Positions 37,270 through 38,902 of a stretch of DNA of 38,902 bases are shown here, piece after piece. The stretch spans positions 1-38,902 of the forward strand of contig JAQGDQ010002433.1 of NCBI GenBank assembly GCA_030141605.1, written 5' to 3'. The notes below the pieces were generated by a model, which was given only the letters and a program-made list of their open reading frames with translations, made no database searches and was not told the DNA's origin. Positions within the stretch are counted from its first letter, which is position 1. Each line of letters starts with the position of its first letter. Source of the stretch: Tubiluchus corallicola. Its lineage: Eukaryota; Animalia; Priapulida. The position numbers and the translations under genes were made by a program.

Positions 37270-38532
37270 ATGAGTATAACAATAGAACAGAGAAAGAGAG
37301 TGGTAAATGAAACTGGTGGTCGTCCGTTTTTTGCAGCAGACCAACAGCGTATTAACGCAATATATGATGTGTTGGATAGATTTTTAAAAAGTGCCAACAC
37401 CAAGCCTGACGGCGATTTGGAGGGGTTTATATTAGATGGATTTGATTTTGCAGATTTAGGAGGAGACCTATACGATATTAGCAATGGGTATGCTGTGATA
37501 GATGGCGAGCTGGTATTTTTTCAGGGGGACAACAATGTAGACCTATCCACTCCGAAGTATTTAATCAAGCAAAAAACATTTACACAAAAGCCGTATCAAA
37601 CGGGAGGTAACAAAAACTTTTCTGAGCTCTACGAAGGTGTGATAAGTGCAACAGACCCCGCGCCAGCCGATAGGGTGATAATAACTGCTCCAAGCGGTGG
37701 AGAAAGCACTTTAAGAACATGGGAGCTGGCATTGCAGCAGCGAATTGTAGCCAATGGCGTAACGGACAAAAAAATACCTATATGGAGTGAAACAAAAAAC
37801 GCGTTTAAAGATAGCAACATAATCCAAGAAGACAATGGCGATGTGAGAATAGATGGGGATAATTTTAGATACGGAGACAAAAAAAAATATACGGGTGCTT
37901 TTTTTAGCTCCACTGAGTTTATGGTGGCGGCAAGAGTTACTATTAATAAGGGGAATGATGGAAGTTTTAAGGCTAAAATATATAACAACAACACCATTTT
38001 TGGAAATAGTCGGAATTTGTGGGGAGAAGCAGTGGTACTGTGTCCAAGTAATAGAGATCAGGGCAAGGGACCTAGATGGCAGGCAGAGTGGTACGCAACC
38101 AATAGTACCGCGAAAATACAAGTAGTGGAAATTGCAACAAACATATATGAGGTGCAGGTTAAGACGTATGAACATAGTGGAAGTTGGCACTTTATAGAAT
38201 TGGAATTTTTTAGAGGGCGTTTTCCATCGAGTGTTGAATTTAACCAAGGAGCAGCAACCAATACCACTCCTATTGCAAGCCAATATCACAAATATTATAA
38301 CGGAAGAGTTATCAGCAACAAAGTAGTACAAGGGACTTCTGGAGGATCTCCCAACACTCATAAAACAATAAATCATGGACTAAATAGCACCAACGTGCTG
38401 GTTCTATGTAGTTCTCAGAGAACTGCTTCAGGGTACACAACAACCATTAATTATAAGATTGTAGATGCCAACAATATCCAATTTAAATTAGGCGGAGGTG
38501 GCAACTATACTAGAAACTTTTCGTATAGATAG
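37270..38532 (+). CDS. Tail fibre / receptor-binding protein
   Basis: N-terminal attachment-like region (GG.PF, IS.GY.VIDGELV.F.G); beta-rich C-terminal part with a TI.HGL motif; last gene of the rightward operon. Confidence 0.7.
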   Translation: MSITIEQRKRVVNETGGRPFFAADQQRINAIYDVLDRFLKSANTKPDGDLEGFILDGFDFADLGGDLYDISNGYAVIDGELVFFQGDNNVDLSTPKYLIKQKTFTQKPYQTGGNKNFSELYEGVISATDPAPADRVIITAPSGGESTLRTWELALQQRIVANGVTDKKIPIWSETKNAFKDSNIIQEDNGDVRIDGDNFRYGDKKKYTGAFFSSTEFMVAARVTINKGNDGSFKAKIYNNNTIFGNSRNLWGEAVVLCPSNRDQGKGPRWQAEWYATNSTAKIQVVEIATNIYEVQVKTYEHSGSWHFIELEFFRGRFPSSVEFNQGAATNTTPIASQYHKYYNGRVISNKVVQGTSGGSPNTHKTINHGLNSTNVLVLCSSQRTASGYTTTINYKIVDANNIQFKLGGGGNYTRNFSYR

Positions 38533-38548
38533 AACGTCTGAATGAAGT

Positions 38549-38574
38549 AAAAGGGAGCTCTTAAGCTCCTTTTT
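38549..38574. terminator. Bidirectional intrinsic terminator closing the rightward tail operon
   Basis: AAAAGGGAGCT-CTTA-AGCTCCTTTTT. Confidence 0.8.
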
Positions 38575-38598
38575 GTGGTTATGTTATTCTTGGCAGCT

Positions 38599-38902
38599 TT
38601 AGCTGCTCCAAAATAGCATCTCTTTTTTCTTCTGGAGACGTGTTAGCATAAAAATCAGCAAATGTTCCGTTGATTCAGCATTCATCTGTAATAGGAAAAT
38701 TTCGTCTAAGAGCTCCTCTGGCGTATAATATTTGTTTATAAGCTCTGTAGCTTTACATTCCCACCCCGCTAACTCAACTCCCCTACGAATCCATAAAAAA
38801 TAAATATCTGTAAACTCTAAGCTTTTTATGAAGTTGAGTTTTTCCTGCGTATCAACTTCACACTCACCCTCCAGCGTTCCTACGTTGATAGTCACTTCAA
38901 AA
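38599..38902 (-). CDS. Hypothetical protein, probably truncated by the window edge
   Basis: Frame open to the window end; converges on the terminator; no recognised motif. Confidence 0.45.
   Translation of the reverse strand, partial: FEVTINVGTLEGECEVDTQEKLNFIKSLEFTDIYFLWIRRGVELAGWECKATELINKYYTPEELLDEIFLLQMNAESTEHLLIFMLTRLQKKKEMLFWSS

Larger units (their letters stand above)
27054..38532. mobile_element. Head-less contractile-tail gene cluster from a Mu-like Bacteroidota prophage (candidate tailocin)
   Basis: Uninterrupted tail, baseplate and lysis ORFs in two divergent operons; only short capsid-like and terminase-like scraps; no portal, protease, integrase/transposase or replication gene in the window. 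Confidence 0.8.

Noticed and set aside
27054-38532. Afp/PVC-type eCIS or T6SS
   Set aside because: No Afp15-like AAA+ ATPase, VgrG/PAAR pair, membrane complex or toxin cargo gene. A phage-type tape measure, G/GT chaperone and head-gene scraps point to a prophage origin
27054-38532. Intact prophage or gene transfer agent
   Set aside because: Capsid and terminases appear only as fragments; portal and protease are absent from the window
35743-38532. Invertible fibre segment or diversity-generating retroelement
   Set aside because: No invertase or reverse transcriptase, and no flanking inverted repeats or template/variable repeat pair seen. The divergent operon layout explains the opposite orientation

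Overview
AT-rich Bacteroidota chromosomal window. The phylum call rests on a SusC/SusD pair, TAnnTTTG-type promoters, and signal peptides that appear to be cleaved before Gln. The left 27 kb holds housekeeping and envelope genes: dsbD-like, secreted msrA, holB, a susC-susD-GH20 hexosaminidase unit preceded by four perfect 47-bp promoter-bearing repeats, an S41 peptidase, three TPR proteins (one paired with an unannotated 42-aa lipopeptide gene), folE, tRNA-Ser(GCT), greA, HIT, peroxiredoxin, guaA and an uncharacterised exported-protein operon. Several of these genes are split by 1-2 nt frameshifts, mostly in homopolymers, which may be long-read errors. The right 12 kb (27.0-38.6 kb) is the main candidate. 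It is an apparently intact contractile phage-tail gene set: sheath, tube, chaperone with a -1 frameshift site, short tape measure, tube initiator, hub, spike, wedge proteins, baseplate J/I and fibre, plus a lysis cassette. These form two divergent, terminator-bounded operons. Between them lie only short scraps resembling capsid and terminase genes, around a perfect 17-bp palindrome. This looks like a head-less Mu-like Bacteroidota prophage, possibly domesticated into a tailocin. All family assignments come from motif recognition and gene order, not database searches.
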